A stretch of 64,000 nucleotides of DNA. Source: a virus. The stretch's first letter is position 1. Each line of letters starts with the position of its first letter. Below the pieces are notes generated by a model. It searched no databases, had not been told where the DNA came from, and worked only from the letters and a program-made list of their open reading frames with translations. The stretch is from the IMG/VR virus record IMGVR_UViG_3300002026_000020; one strand, given 5' to 3'. Shown here piece after piece: positions 30,360 to 38,649 of this stretch. The position numbers were made by a program, and so were the translations under genes.

Positions 30360-30402
30360 AGTGTAAACGCATAAACCCTATCTGGCGGTAGGTGGCACGC
30401 AT

Positions 30403-30477
30403 CGCGGGGTGGAGAAGTGGTAACTCGCTTGGCTCATAACCAAGAGAACGCAGGTTCAAATCCTGCCCCCGCAACCA
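30403..30477 (+). tRNA. tRNA-fMet(CAT), initiator-like
   Basis: CGCGGGG start with C1:A72 mismatch, CTCATAA loop. Confidence 0.9.
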
Positions 30478-30506
30478 TACAAGTCGAGACACATGTCTCG
30501 CAAATT

Positions 30507-30580
30507 TGCGCGGTGGTGTAACGGTAGCATAATAGCCTCATAAGCTTTTGATCAGGGTTCAAATCCTTGCTGCGCTCCCA
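30507..30580 (+). tRNA. tRNA-Met(CAT)
   Basis: AGC-CTCATAA-GCT, CCA. Confidence 0.8.
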
Positions 30581-30803
30581 TTGAGTCTTCTTTCATAACG
30601 AGGGTAGTAGTCTCGTTGTAGTTTCTTTGACTGAAAAAGAAACGCTATACTAACATCTGGTGCCGGGAAAGTGAATGTGGCGTGAGCCAACCTTTGCCGA
30701 GATTCACCACCTTTTATCCCTCCAGCCTCTTCACAATGCAGAAACGGAGACTTGAAAAAACAAGTATCGCTCATAGGGAACGATGAGTGTGGGAGCCTTT
30801 TAT

Positions 30804-30879
30804 GCGTCAATAGCTCAGTTGGTAGAGCGGAACTTTTCCAAAGTTCGGGTCGCAGGTTCAAATCCTGTTTGACGCTCCA
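30804..30879 (+). tRNA. tRNA-Gly(TCC)
   Basis: GAACT-TTTCCAA-AGTTC, U73, CCA. Confidence 0.92.
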
Positions 30880-30938
30880 TTTAAAATAGTTCAATAGTCA
30901 AGTATCGAACTAATATAAATATATGGTATAATATATTT

Positions 30939-31589
30939 ATGTTCTATACCATCTACAAGATAACAAACCGAGTAAACAACAAGATTTATGTCGGCAAACA
31001 TCAAACCGAAACCCTTGACGATTGTTATATGGGTTCTGGAACTCTTTTACTTAGAGCGATAGAGAAGTATGGTATTGATAAGTTTGATAAAGAAATACTA
31101 TATGTATTTGACAATGAAGAACAAATGAATAATATGGAAAAAGAAATTGTCAACGAAGAGTTTTTACTAAGGGAAGATGTTTATAACTTGAAGGTTGGTG
31201 GTGACGGTGGGTTTGGATATATAAACTCAAAAGATACCACCGAGACTACGAAAAAAGGGAGAATAGAATGTGATAAAATAATGTTGAGTAAGTATGGAGA
31301 TGATTGGAGACAAATCTTAGGGAAAAAAGCTGGCAATGCTTCGTGGGATAAACGAAAAAAGACTGGCAATATCCTTATAGGAAATCCATACTCATTCTTA
31401 GGTAAAAGACACACTGATGGAGCTAAAAAAATAATAGGGCAAAAAAATTCTATACATCAATCCGGAAATAAAAATTCTATGTACGGAATGATGTGGATTT
31501 ATAATTTAGAAACTTTAGAAAGTAAAAGGATTGGTAATAGAGAAGAAATACCTATTGGTTGGGTTAAAGGAAGAAAAATAAAAAAATAA
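30939..31589 (+). CDS. GIY-YIG (Seg-like) homing endonuclease
   Basis: TIYKITN..NNKIYVGKH..YMGSG, YNL..GG.GG. Confidence 0.9.
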   Translation: MFYTIYKITNRVNNKIYVGKHQTETLDDCYMGSGTLLLRAIEKYGIDKFDKEILYVFDNEEQMNNMEKEIVNEEFLLREDVYNLKVGGDGGFGYINSKDTTETTKKGRIECDKIMLSKYGDDWRQILGKKAGNASWDKRKKTGNILIGNPYSFLGKRHTDGAKKIIGQKNSIHQSGNKNSMYGMMWIYNLETLESKRIGNREEIPIGWVKGRKIKK

Positions 31590-31592
31590 GAT

Positions 31593-31668
31593 GCAGCAGT
31601 AACTCAGAGGCTAGAGTGCGACTTTTCCAAAGTCGATGTCGAGATTTCGAAATTCTCCTGCTGCACCA
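31593..31668 (+). tRNA. tRNA-Gly(TCC)
   Basis: CGACT-TTTCCAA-AGTCG, CCA. Confidence 0.85.
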
Positions 31669-31799
31669 GTTTCGGTTGAATATGTGGATGGGTGCCACCC
31701 TAAAAAGTCGCTTTCAACCAACCCCCTAGAAATAGGAAGTATTCACATTATTCATTGTGCTATTAGGTTCTCTTTATCCTAAGAAACAAAAAAGAATAT

Positions 31800-31875
31800 G
31801 TAGAGCAGTAGCATTAAGTAATGCACCCGTTGTTTATACGGGACTAAGTTGGTTCAATCCCAACCCTCTGCACCA
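31800..31875 (+). tRNA. Atypical tRNA, anticodon TTT (Lys?)
   Basis: CCCGT-TGTTTAT-ACGGG with G33; T arm and CCA present. Confidence 0.5.
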
Positions 31876-32381
31876 GCCAGCCCCTTGAAAAAGGGCTACT
31901 TGTGATACTACAAGGAACAGTAAGGGGATTCTGCACAGGGTTATGAGGTATCGCCAGCACCTATAGCTGGTACGAGCCGAGTAATGTTCTGTGAGTGAAA
32001 ACGCAAGGGCAGAACAGCCTGACCAGTCATTCATCTGGCAAACGGACCCAAAGTATCAAAACCATCGACGCACGATGATGAGAACAAACCTACGAGTTTT
32101 TCAGTAGTCACGAAGGATACAGATCGTATCAACTGAGTGATGAAAGGGCAGAGAAAAACTAAGCGACCTTCAAAGTAGAGTCTCCCGAGTTTCGTGCGGG
32201 TCGGATCAAACGGGATTCGGTTGAGGCTCCGCTTCTTTTTCCAACCGTGGAGGATCCCGAAGTATCGGAAATTCGAGACATGAATACACGGATACCATGT
32301 CATCTTATGTCAACCACAGCACAGAGAGTGCCACACTTCTTATAAAGAACTAAGAAAGTGTCGTAAAGGGGGTTGACACAT

Positions 32382-32458
32382 GCTCCCCTAGCTCATCTGG
32401 ATAGAGCAAATGTTTTCTAAACATTAGGTAGAAGGTTCGAGTCCTTCGGGGAGCGCCA
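32382..32458 (+). tRNA. tRNA-Arg(TCT)
   Basis: AATGT-TTTCTAA-ACATT, CCA. Confidence 0.92.
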
Positions 32459-32465
32459 TTTACAT

Positions 32466-32540
32466 TGCCTCTTAGCTCAGTGGTAGAGCGATTGACTGTT
32501 AATCAATTGGTCCGGGGTTCGAATCCCTGAGAGGCAGCCA
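32466..32540 (+). tRNA. tRNA-Asn(GTT)
   Basis: ATTGA-CTGTTAA-TCAAT, CCA. Confidence 0.93.
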
Positions 32541-32839
32541 ACCAAAAACCCTATGATGACGAGTTGTAAGTCATAGGTCGTTTATTACCATTCGCTTTAA
32601 GTAGCAGCGGCTCGCAAGAGTGGTGATGGTAATAGGTGTTATTGCCGCGAGCATCCCGCGAACAACTCTTAGGGAAGCTCCAAGTAGAAATGAACCGAGT
32701 CCAGTTGCATTCTACTTGACCTATACTGTGTATAGACGGAAATACGATTGGACCGCGAAAAGTTGGATGAAGAACGGGGACTTCACCAACCGCATAGATT
32801 TCTCCCTACCGTGGGGAGTCTAAAACATTCCCCACACAT

Positions 32840-32914
32840 GCCCGAGTAAGCTAATGAATAGACTGACTCTTTCCTAAAGAGTATATCTTGGTTTGATTCC
32901 AAGCTTGGGTGCCA
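32840..32914 (+). tRNA. tRNA-Arg(CCT)
   Basis: ACTCT-TTCCTAA-AGAGT, CCA. Confidence 0.8.
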
Positions 32915-33124
32915 TATGCCGTGTATACCACATTGGCAGAAATAGAGCAGATATCCGAATGCTGCTCAGAAGTGGGTAGCCTGTCCCAAACGACAAAACA
33001 GGGCATCGTGATTCCAGTTACCTGCGGTACAGCGGGGCATATCATGACTGGTGGATGTTGACTAATACTATATAAGGCGAAAGACAATATAAAGTCTTAG
33101 TGTGCGTACCAAACACTGCATTAT

Positions 33125-33199
33125 GCTGGATATGAACAATGGCTGTTCGGCGCTCTCATAAGGCGCTTCCAGAAGGTTCGATTCCTTCATCCAGCACCA
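33125..33199 (+). tRNA. tRNA(CAT), elongator Met or Ile2
   Basis: GCGCT-CTCATAA-GGCGC, CCA. Confidence 0.85.
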
Positions 33200-33382
33200 T
33201 TTACTGTAGGGTAGTTCAGCGGCAGATCAAATCTGAGAGGAAGCGAGAAATTGCTTCTAGGTCGCAAATAGTGACCGTTCGAGGATTGCGCGGGTAAAAC
33301 GGGCTTTGCTCGGGTTCGACTCCCCCTCTTATAGTAATCCTCTTGTGGAGTTAGTATTCTCCTACAGATAAAAATACATTAT

Positions 33383-33457
33383 GGGGGTTTGGTGATAATG
33401 GTAGCACTCGTGCTTTGCAAGCATGAAGCAAGAGTTCGATTCTCTTAACCTCCACCA
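33383..33457 (+). tRNA. tRNA-Ala(TGC)
   Basis: G3:U70, CGTGC-TTTGCAA-GCATG, CCA. Confidence 0.9.
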
Positions 33458-33628
33458 TTCAATTACGGGTTTGTGGGTTTAGATTTCCAGGCAGGCAAAG
33501 AAAACCCTCATGTTGCTTATGTCCAAGGGCGGCTCCTTGGGAGGGGCGGAATCCCCGAATGTTGGTTCGACTCCAACCGTAAGCCCGGAGCCTCGTACTC
33601 GTCACTCTGGCAACGACGAGCCTTTTAT

Positions 33629-33702
33629 GCTGTCATCGGATAATGGTATTCCGTCTGTTTCGTAATCAGAATATAGAGGTTCGATTCCTCTTGACAGCAC
33701 CA
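33629..33702 (+). tRNA. tRNA-Thr(CGT)
   Basis: TCTG(T)-TTCGTAA-(T)CAGA, CCA. Confidence 0.85.
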
Positions 33703-33717
33703 AACTAATCAAGCTAC

Positions 33718-34056
33718 TTATGTCAAACCACCAACGGTTCCTATACTTTTCTTCTTTTGTTTCTTTATTTCTTTTACTTGATACCCGTATAAGAAATGAC
33801 CATTCTTGAGATATATTATAGCTCTATCACTTTGAATAACATCAAGAGTCAGTTTATCAACAGGTTCCCCGTCTCTGTCACCCCTCTTGATCTTCTCCAT
33901 ACCAACTATTTTTTGAGCGCCGAAGTTATCACTTATAACAGTGTCACCAATTTCAACTGTTTGTGAGTTATCAAACATATAATCACCAACGGTATCAAAC
34001 ACATCTCCCAAACCTTCGTTCATTTTACTCTTCAGATAGTAAGATTTGAAACCCAT
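33718..34056 (-). CDS. Hypothetical late protein
   Basis: AGGAGG RBS and TATAAATA on the minus strand near 34070-34079. Confidence 0.7.
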   Translation of the reverse strand: MGFKSYYLKSKMNEGLGDVFDTVGDYMFDNSQTVEIGDTVISDNFGAQKIVGMEKIKRGDRDGEPVDKLTLDVIQSDRAIIYLKNGHFLYGYQVKEIKKQKKKSIGTVGGLT

Positions 34057-34145
34057 AGACGCCTCCTACCATATTTATAAAAAACACCCCTATTGCATAA
34101 TTCAGAAAACTGACATAATAGAAACATAACCAAAAGGAAAACATC

Positions 34146-34598
34146 ATGGCTCAAGTTCGCATTCGTAAGGCACTCCAGATCAAGAACCGTCTCGCTGGGG
34201 AAATCGCCAATCTCAACAAGCTCATTCAGAACAACAACTCTCATCGTGAGGGTGTGACTCAGTTCGATGTGAAGAAGCTGCTTGTTGACCGCTCCAACAC
34301 AGTTGCAAAGCTGGTTGCCGTGAAGTCATCTCTCGCTACTGCTAATGTTGCAATTTATGGGAAGCTTACTGTTCTTGCAGAACTCAAGGATGAGATTAAG
34401 TTCCTTCGTGGATTGAACACCAACTCGGGTGAGGATGAAGTTGGCTACGGCGAGCGTGCTAAGACCGTCAAGGTTGTTGCTGAAGTAACGGCAGCCGATG
34501 TTGAACTTGCAGTCACCCACTTGACACTTGAGATTGAAAAGCTCCAAGATGAAGTTGACTACTTCAACTCCACTGTCGAAATCACCATTCCAGATTGA
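34146..34598 (+). CDS. Coiled-coil hypothetical protein
   Basis: 150 aa ORF with AAGGA RBS and upstream promoter. Confidence 0.75.
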   Translation: MAQVRIRKALQIKNRLAGEIANLNKLIQNNNSHREGVTQFDVKKLLVDRSNTVAKLVAVKSSLATANVAIYGKLTVLAELKDEIKFLRGLNTNSGEDEVGYGERAKTVKVVAEVTAADVELAVTHLTLEIEKLQDEVDYFNSTVEITIPD

Positions 34599-34906
34599 AA
34601 GGGGAGTACCAGGGTAGAGGATCAGAGAAGCTTCGGTAACGCGCCCTAAAAAGGCAATTATGGCGGCTGGGAAACTAGCCACTTATACCGGTAAAGATAA
34701 TGAACGATTCTTCGGAATCAGAAAACTAAACATTCTGTTCATAAAGATTCACAAGTCATTACTCTTATATCAAAGCTCTTCAAACCGATTCTTCAAAGAA
34801 CCTCTACCCTGCGAAACCCGCTCTGTCTCACACACTTCCAACCCCTCCAAAAAAAGATTATTGAGATAATCAAAAAACCTGTTATAAATAACATTAGAGA
34901 AAAACA

Positions 34907-35008
34907 ATGAACACCTTATCCACCCAATCATGGCATCAGTCACAGCCCAGCGTATCGCGCTTGGATAGACTCGTTCCATTTATTGACAACGGGGGTTCAG
35001 GTTTCTAA
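34907..35008 (+). CDS. Attenuator leader peptide 2 (MNTLSTQSWHQSQPSVSRLDRLVPFIDNGGSGF)
   Basis: Follows TATAAATA at 34883; 33 codons; 3' end complementary to the terminator 5' arm. Confidence 0.78.
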   Translation: MNTLSTQSWHQSQPSVSRLDRLVPFIDNGGSGF

Positions 35009-35032
35009 AAGGATAAAATCCTAAAAGACACC

Positions 35033-35067
35033 GAAACCCCCTGGCGAAAACCAGGGGGTTTCTTTTT
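35033..35067 (+). terminator. Intrinsic terminator (attenuator) upstream of tRNA array 2
   Basis: GAAACCCCCTGG-cgaaaa-CCAGGGGGTTTC-TTTTT, near-identical to 25475. Confidence 0.92.
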
Positions 35068-35116
35068 GACAAGTTTATATTGTAGATTATGTTTGGGGCG
35101 GCTTCCGCCCCATCAT

Positions 35117-35207
35117 GGAAGGTAGAACCGATGTGGTATCGGAATTCTTTGCTAAAGAAATTGTTCCCTTTATTGGGAATGGAGTTCGATTCTCCCACTT
35201 TCCGCCA
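35117..35207 (+). tRNA. tRNA-Ser(GCT)
   Basis: TTCT-TTGCTAA-AGAA, long variable arm, G73, CCA. Confidence 0.85.
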
Positions 35208-35252
35208 CAAAAAGCTTGAGGATTGCTATAAACCTATTGGAATCTTCGTCAT

Positions 35253-35326
35253 GCTGCTTTCGGATAGTGGTATTCCGCTTGCTTGGTATGCAAGATACGC
35301 TAGTTCGATTCTAGCAAGCAGCACCA
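35253..35326 (+). tRNA. tRNA-Thr(GGT)
   Basis: CTTGC-TTGGTAT-GCAAG, CCA. Confidence 0.88.
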
Positions 35327-35330
35327 TTTT

Positions 35331-35404
35331 GGGTGATTAGTACAATGGTAGAACATCTCTTTGACGTAGAGAAAACGGGGGTTCGATTCCCTCATTACCC
35401 ACCA
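35331..35404 (+). tRNA. tRNA-Val(GAC)
   Basis: TCTCT-TTGACGT-AGAGA, CCA. Confidence 0.88.
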
Positions 35405-35553
35405 AAACGATATGCGAAACTGCGCTGGTGCAAGACCTGGGCTTGAGCTATAAACGCTCACGGAGTATGCCGCCTAAAACGGATGTTACGAGGAAGGCTG
35501 CCTTGGTTATTCAGAGGGGTTCGATTCCCGGGGATGACATACATATCGTGTAT

Positions 35554-35643
35554 GGAACAGAGAAGCATAGGGGATATGCGTTCGCCTGGAAAGCGAAAGG
35601 TCGCCTCACGGTGGCAGAGTTTCGATTACTCCTTGTTCCGCCA
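35554..35643 (+). tRNA. tRNA-Ser(GGA)
   Basis: TTCGC-CTGGAAA-GCGAA, long variable arm, G73. Confidence 0.85.
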
Positions 35644-35678
35644 TATTGACAATGAAAAATACGAGTTATAATACTTGT

Positions 35679-36059
35679 ATGAGCGATTATGAGAAACAAC
35701 TTGAAGAAGCTAACGAGAAGCTGAAAGGCGAGATAGAAGCTCTTCAAAAAGAAAAAGATGAGGTTGAAGAGAAGTGGAGAACCCACGAAATCTTCGATGA
35801 CAGTGAGTTGTGGTCGCTCGACTATACGATGTCTTGCTTCATCTTGCCAAGACTCAAGAAACTCAAAGACACTAAGAGTGGATATCCAAGTGAATTGGAA
35901 TCTCATGAAGAGTGGGCAGCTATCATGCAGAAGATGATAGATGGGTTTCAAGCGATAGTTGACGATGAAAGATACCCCGCAGGAAGCATGAAACAGAAAG
36001 AAACAATAGAGGCTGGGCTGAAGTTGTTTGCCGAGTATTTCCAAAACCTGTGGGATTGA
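35679..36059 (+). CDS. Conserved phage hypothetical protein
   Basis: WSLDYT..FILPRL..GYP..GL.LF..YF..LWD pattern. Confidence 0.75.
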   Translation: MSDYEKQLEEANEKLKGEIEALQKEKDEVEEKWRTHEIFDDSELWSLDYTMSCFILPRLKKLKDTKSGYPSELESHEEWAAIMQKMIDGFQAIVDDERYPAGSMKQKETIEAGLKLFAEYFQNLWD

Positions 36060-36066
36060 TGGTTAT

Positions 36067-36156
36067 GGATAGGTGGCAGAGTGGTCTATTGCGCTGGTCT
36101 TGAAAACCAGAGGGGGCGAAAGTCCTCCGGGGGTTCGAATCCCTCCTTATCCGCCA
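36067..36156 (+). tRNA. tRNA-Ser(TGA)
   Basis: CTGGT-CTTGAAA-ACCAG, canonical. Confidence 0.95.
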
Positions 36157-36267
36157 GATTTATGTTGACATGTCTTCGGAAGATAGTACCAGTCTCTTCC
36201 CCGCTTTTGCCAGTGGCTTGCGAGTTGATACGAAAAAATCAACGGACCTTACTGGATGTCAATGTAT

Positions 36268-36354
36268 GGAAGCACGGGAACATGGTGTTCAAGCTGCCTC
36301 GAAAGCAGTCCTGGGGGCTTGCTCCCAACCGTTCGATTCGGTGTGCTTCCGCCA
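36268..36354 (+). tRNA. tRNA-Ser(CGA), 8/4 structure
   Basis: GGAAGCAC/GTGCTTCC 8-bp acceptor, ACCG/CGGT T stem. Confidence 0.85.
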
Positions 36355-36533
36355 AGTCTTAGTGAGTGATACACCTTTCCTTATAAGGTGTTCGCCCTCT
36401 TGTATCCTACAGGAAGGCGCTATGATATGCGTATGAGAAAGAGATACGAGCCATAAGACTCCGTGCTAAAGACACGGCAGGCAGACCATCGAAGCCTCAT
36501 ACTTTGAAAACTATATACTGTAGATATGTTCAT

Positions 36534-36607
36534 GGGCGATTAGTACATTGGTAGTACATCGGTTTTACATTCCGAAGAAAAAAGTTCGATTCTTTTATTG
36601 CCTACCA
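36534..36607 (+). tRNA. tRNA-Val(TAC)
   Basis: TCGG(T)-TTTACAT-(T)CCGA, CCA. Confidence 0.85.
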
Positions 36608-36656
36608 TACACGGTCTTAAAATAAACTTGAGGATAGTTGACCGAAACCTCTACAT

Positions 36657-36731
36657 GCCCCGATCATCTAACGGAAGGATACTTCGCTACGAACGAAGCA
36701 ATCGCAGGTTCAAATCCTCGTTGGGGTGCCA
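36657..36731 (+). tRNA. tRNA-Arg(ACG)
   Basis: CTTCG-CTACGAA-CGAAG, CCA. Confidence 0.88.
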
Positions 36732-36801
36732 AAGAGTTAGTTGCTTGTAAAATACTCAAATCCCCCGCATGCAGGGGACAGCCGATGAACAAGCGTTTCA
36801 T

Positions 36802-36880
36802 GCCCGCGTATGCCGCCTGCCTTCTAAGCAGGAGAAAGCTAACTGGACACATGTAGGTTCAACTCCTACCGCGGGTGCCA
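36802..36880 (+). tRNA. D-armless tRNA-Arg(TCT)-like
   Basis: 7-nt linker replaces the D arm; CCTGC-CTTCTAA-GCAGG; T arm and CCA. Confidence 0.65.
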
Positions 36881-36886
36881 TTTTAT

Positions 36887-36966
36887 GCGGGTGTATAACC
36901 TCCGTCTGATAAGCGGTAGAAAGTTTAATTGGTAGCATGTAGGTTCAACTCCTATCACCCGCACCA
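36887..36966 (+). tRNA. D-armless tRNA-Ile(GAT)-like
   Basis: Same architecture; CCGT-CTGATAA-GCGG. Confidence 0.65.
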
Positions 36967-37021
36967 TTTTAAATCGAACCAAATATAAATACTATGATAT
37001 AATATATCATGGAGGTTCGAT

Positions 37022-37648
37022 ATGAGTTACGAAGACATAAAGAAGTATAGGAGAAGGTTCAAGGAAAAGATTGTAATGTTAATGGGTGGAAAATGTATGT
37101 GTTGTGGATATAGCAAGTGTATAAAGGCTATGGATTTACATCATGTTGATCCAACAAAGAAAGAATTTACTATCAGTCAAATGATCATCCTTAACTGGAA
37201 GCGTATCTTTAAAGAATGTCAAAAATGTGTTTTAGTATGTTCTAACTGTCATCGGGAGATACATGATAATGTAACACAATGCCCAGAAATGGTTGATATT
37301 AAATACGAATCACTGGCTCCAGATAGAAGAATAGATTGGGAATCACTTAACTTAGATAAAGACGCCATGACACTTAATGTTAAAGAACTCTCTAAAAAAT
37401 ACGGAATCAGTAGAACGGCAATACATAAAAAGTGTAAAGAAAGTAATATAAAACTTAAGGAAATTATACGCCCGTCAAAGTTTATAGTAGATTATGAGAA
37501 GTTGAAAAAACTTGTTACCGAAATGCCGTTTACAAAAATAGGTGATATGTATGGAGTTTCTGATAACGCAATTCGTAAAAGGTGTAAAGTTTTGGGAATA
37601 AAAATACCTAGATTTGGAAGAGGGTATTGGACTAAGAATAAACAATGA
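37022..37648 (+). CDS. HNH homing endonuclease
   Basis: DLHHVDP..KCVLVCSNCHREIH plus HTH tail (GVSDNAIRKRC). Confidence 0.88.
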   Translation: MSYEDIKKYRRRFKEKIVMLMGGKCMCCGYSKCIKAMDLHHVDPTKKEFTISQMIILNWKRIFKECQKCVLVCSNCHREIHDNVTQCPEMVDIKYESLAPDRRIDWESLNLDKDAMTLNVKELSKKYGISRTAIHKKCKESNIKLKEIIRPSKFIVDYEKLKKLVTEMPFTKIGDMYGVSDNAIRKRCKVLGIKIPRFGRGYWTKNKQ

Positions 37649-37664
37649 TATAATGAAATCATAA

Positions 37665-37760
37665 CGGCGCATAGGTCAGTCTGGTAGACCGCTTGCTTGG
37701 TGAACTAATATTCACTTCCATGGGAGCAAGAAGTCGCAAGTTCGAATCTTGCTGCGCCGA
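37665..37760 (+). tRNA. tRNA-Pro(TGG) with 22-nt insertion (37699-37720)
   Basis: CTTGC-TT[GGTGAACTAATATTCACTTCCA]TGGGA-GCAAG; C1-G72, A73; no encoded CCA. Confidence 0.8.
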
Positions 37761-37842
37761 CTCTCACCTAGAAATAGGTTGTTATTACCGTCGTTTAGTA
37801 ACTGTAAAAAACCTTCCGAAATGAAGGTAAACGGCATTTCAT

Positions 37843-37914
37843 CAGGCTGTGGGATAATGGTAGTCCACTCGTTTTGGAAGCGAGGAAAAGTTGGTTCGAT
37901 TCCAACCAGTCTGA
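37843..37914 (+). tRNA. tRNA-Pro(TGG)
   Basis: CTCGT-TTTGGAA-GCGAG; no encoded CCA. Confidence 0.8.
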
Positions 37915-37984
37915 TTCTTTCAATGGGGATGAAACGCCCCAGCCCATCACAAGCCTCTTTACAATGCTCAACCCGTGATGTCGT

Positions 37985-38060
37985 GGTCCTTTCGTATAGT
38001 GGTTTATTACATCTCCCTGTCACGGAGGAAATGCGAGTTCGATTCTCGCAAGGATCGCCA
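37985..38060 (+). tRNA. tRNA-Asp(GTC)
   Basis: TCTCC-CTGTCAC-GGAGG, G73, CCA. Confidence 0.92.
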
Positions 38061-38077
38061 TTCAGTTTCAAGGTTAT

Positions 38078-38152
38078 ACCCCCATCATATAAAGGCTATT
38101 ATGATAGATTGTCGATCTATTCATGCGGTTTCGAAATCCGCTGGGGGTGCCA
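38078..38152 (+). tRNA. tRNA-Asp(GTC)
   Basis: ATAGA-TTGTCGA-TCTAT, G73, CCA. Confidence 0.8.
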
Positions 38153-38179
38153 AAAATAAATAGTCATGGAGGTATTCAT

Positions 38180-38332
38180 ATGGAATCATTCATGATGATA
38201 TGTTCAATAGCAGCAAGCGTAACTGCTATTATCGTAAACGCTTACACAATCTTCACGATTCGTAAGCACCTTGGTAAGTTAGCCAAGGAAGGATATGAGA
38301 AGGTTGAGGATAAGATAAAAAAGATTCTATAA
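38180..38332 (+). CDS. Small single-pass membrane protein
   Basis: GGAGGT RBS; hydrophobic N-terminus and basic tail. Confidence 0.6.
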   Translation: MESFMMICSIAASVTAIIVNAYTIFTIRKHLGKLAKEGYEKVEDKIKKIL

Positions 38333-38335
38333 CAT

Positions 38336-38411
38336 GGGTTGTTGGTGTAAGTGGTCTACACGCTCGCCTGAAGAGCAAGAGAATACGGTTCGATTCCGTG
38401 ACAACCCACCA
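38336..38411 (+). tRNA. tRNA-Phe(GAA)
   Basis: Loop CTGAAGA, T arm, CCA. Confidence 0.85.
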
Positions 38412-38649
38412 TGCAAAGGAAGTATGTCTTGCTAAAAACCCCAATGGGGGTATTAGTGTAAAGGTTAGCACGCCCCCATCAAAGGGGCAGTTCGGGTTCG
38501 ATTCCCGTTTTGAGGTTTACCTCACAAGGCAAAATGAGTAGGGAGGCGACGGCTGAACGAATACTTCCGTAAGTGGATGATTGCTCGCCACTATAAAAGA
38601 CTAAGAAGCTTTGGTTCTCAGATTGCCGAATACCTTAAAGTCGGCGCAT

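Noticed and set aside
38447-38506. Opal (TCA) suppressor or Sec tRNA
   Set aside because: The loop CA-TCA-AA lacks U33, the 3' acceptor strand does not follow the T arm, and there is no long variable arm. At best a remnant.
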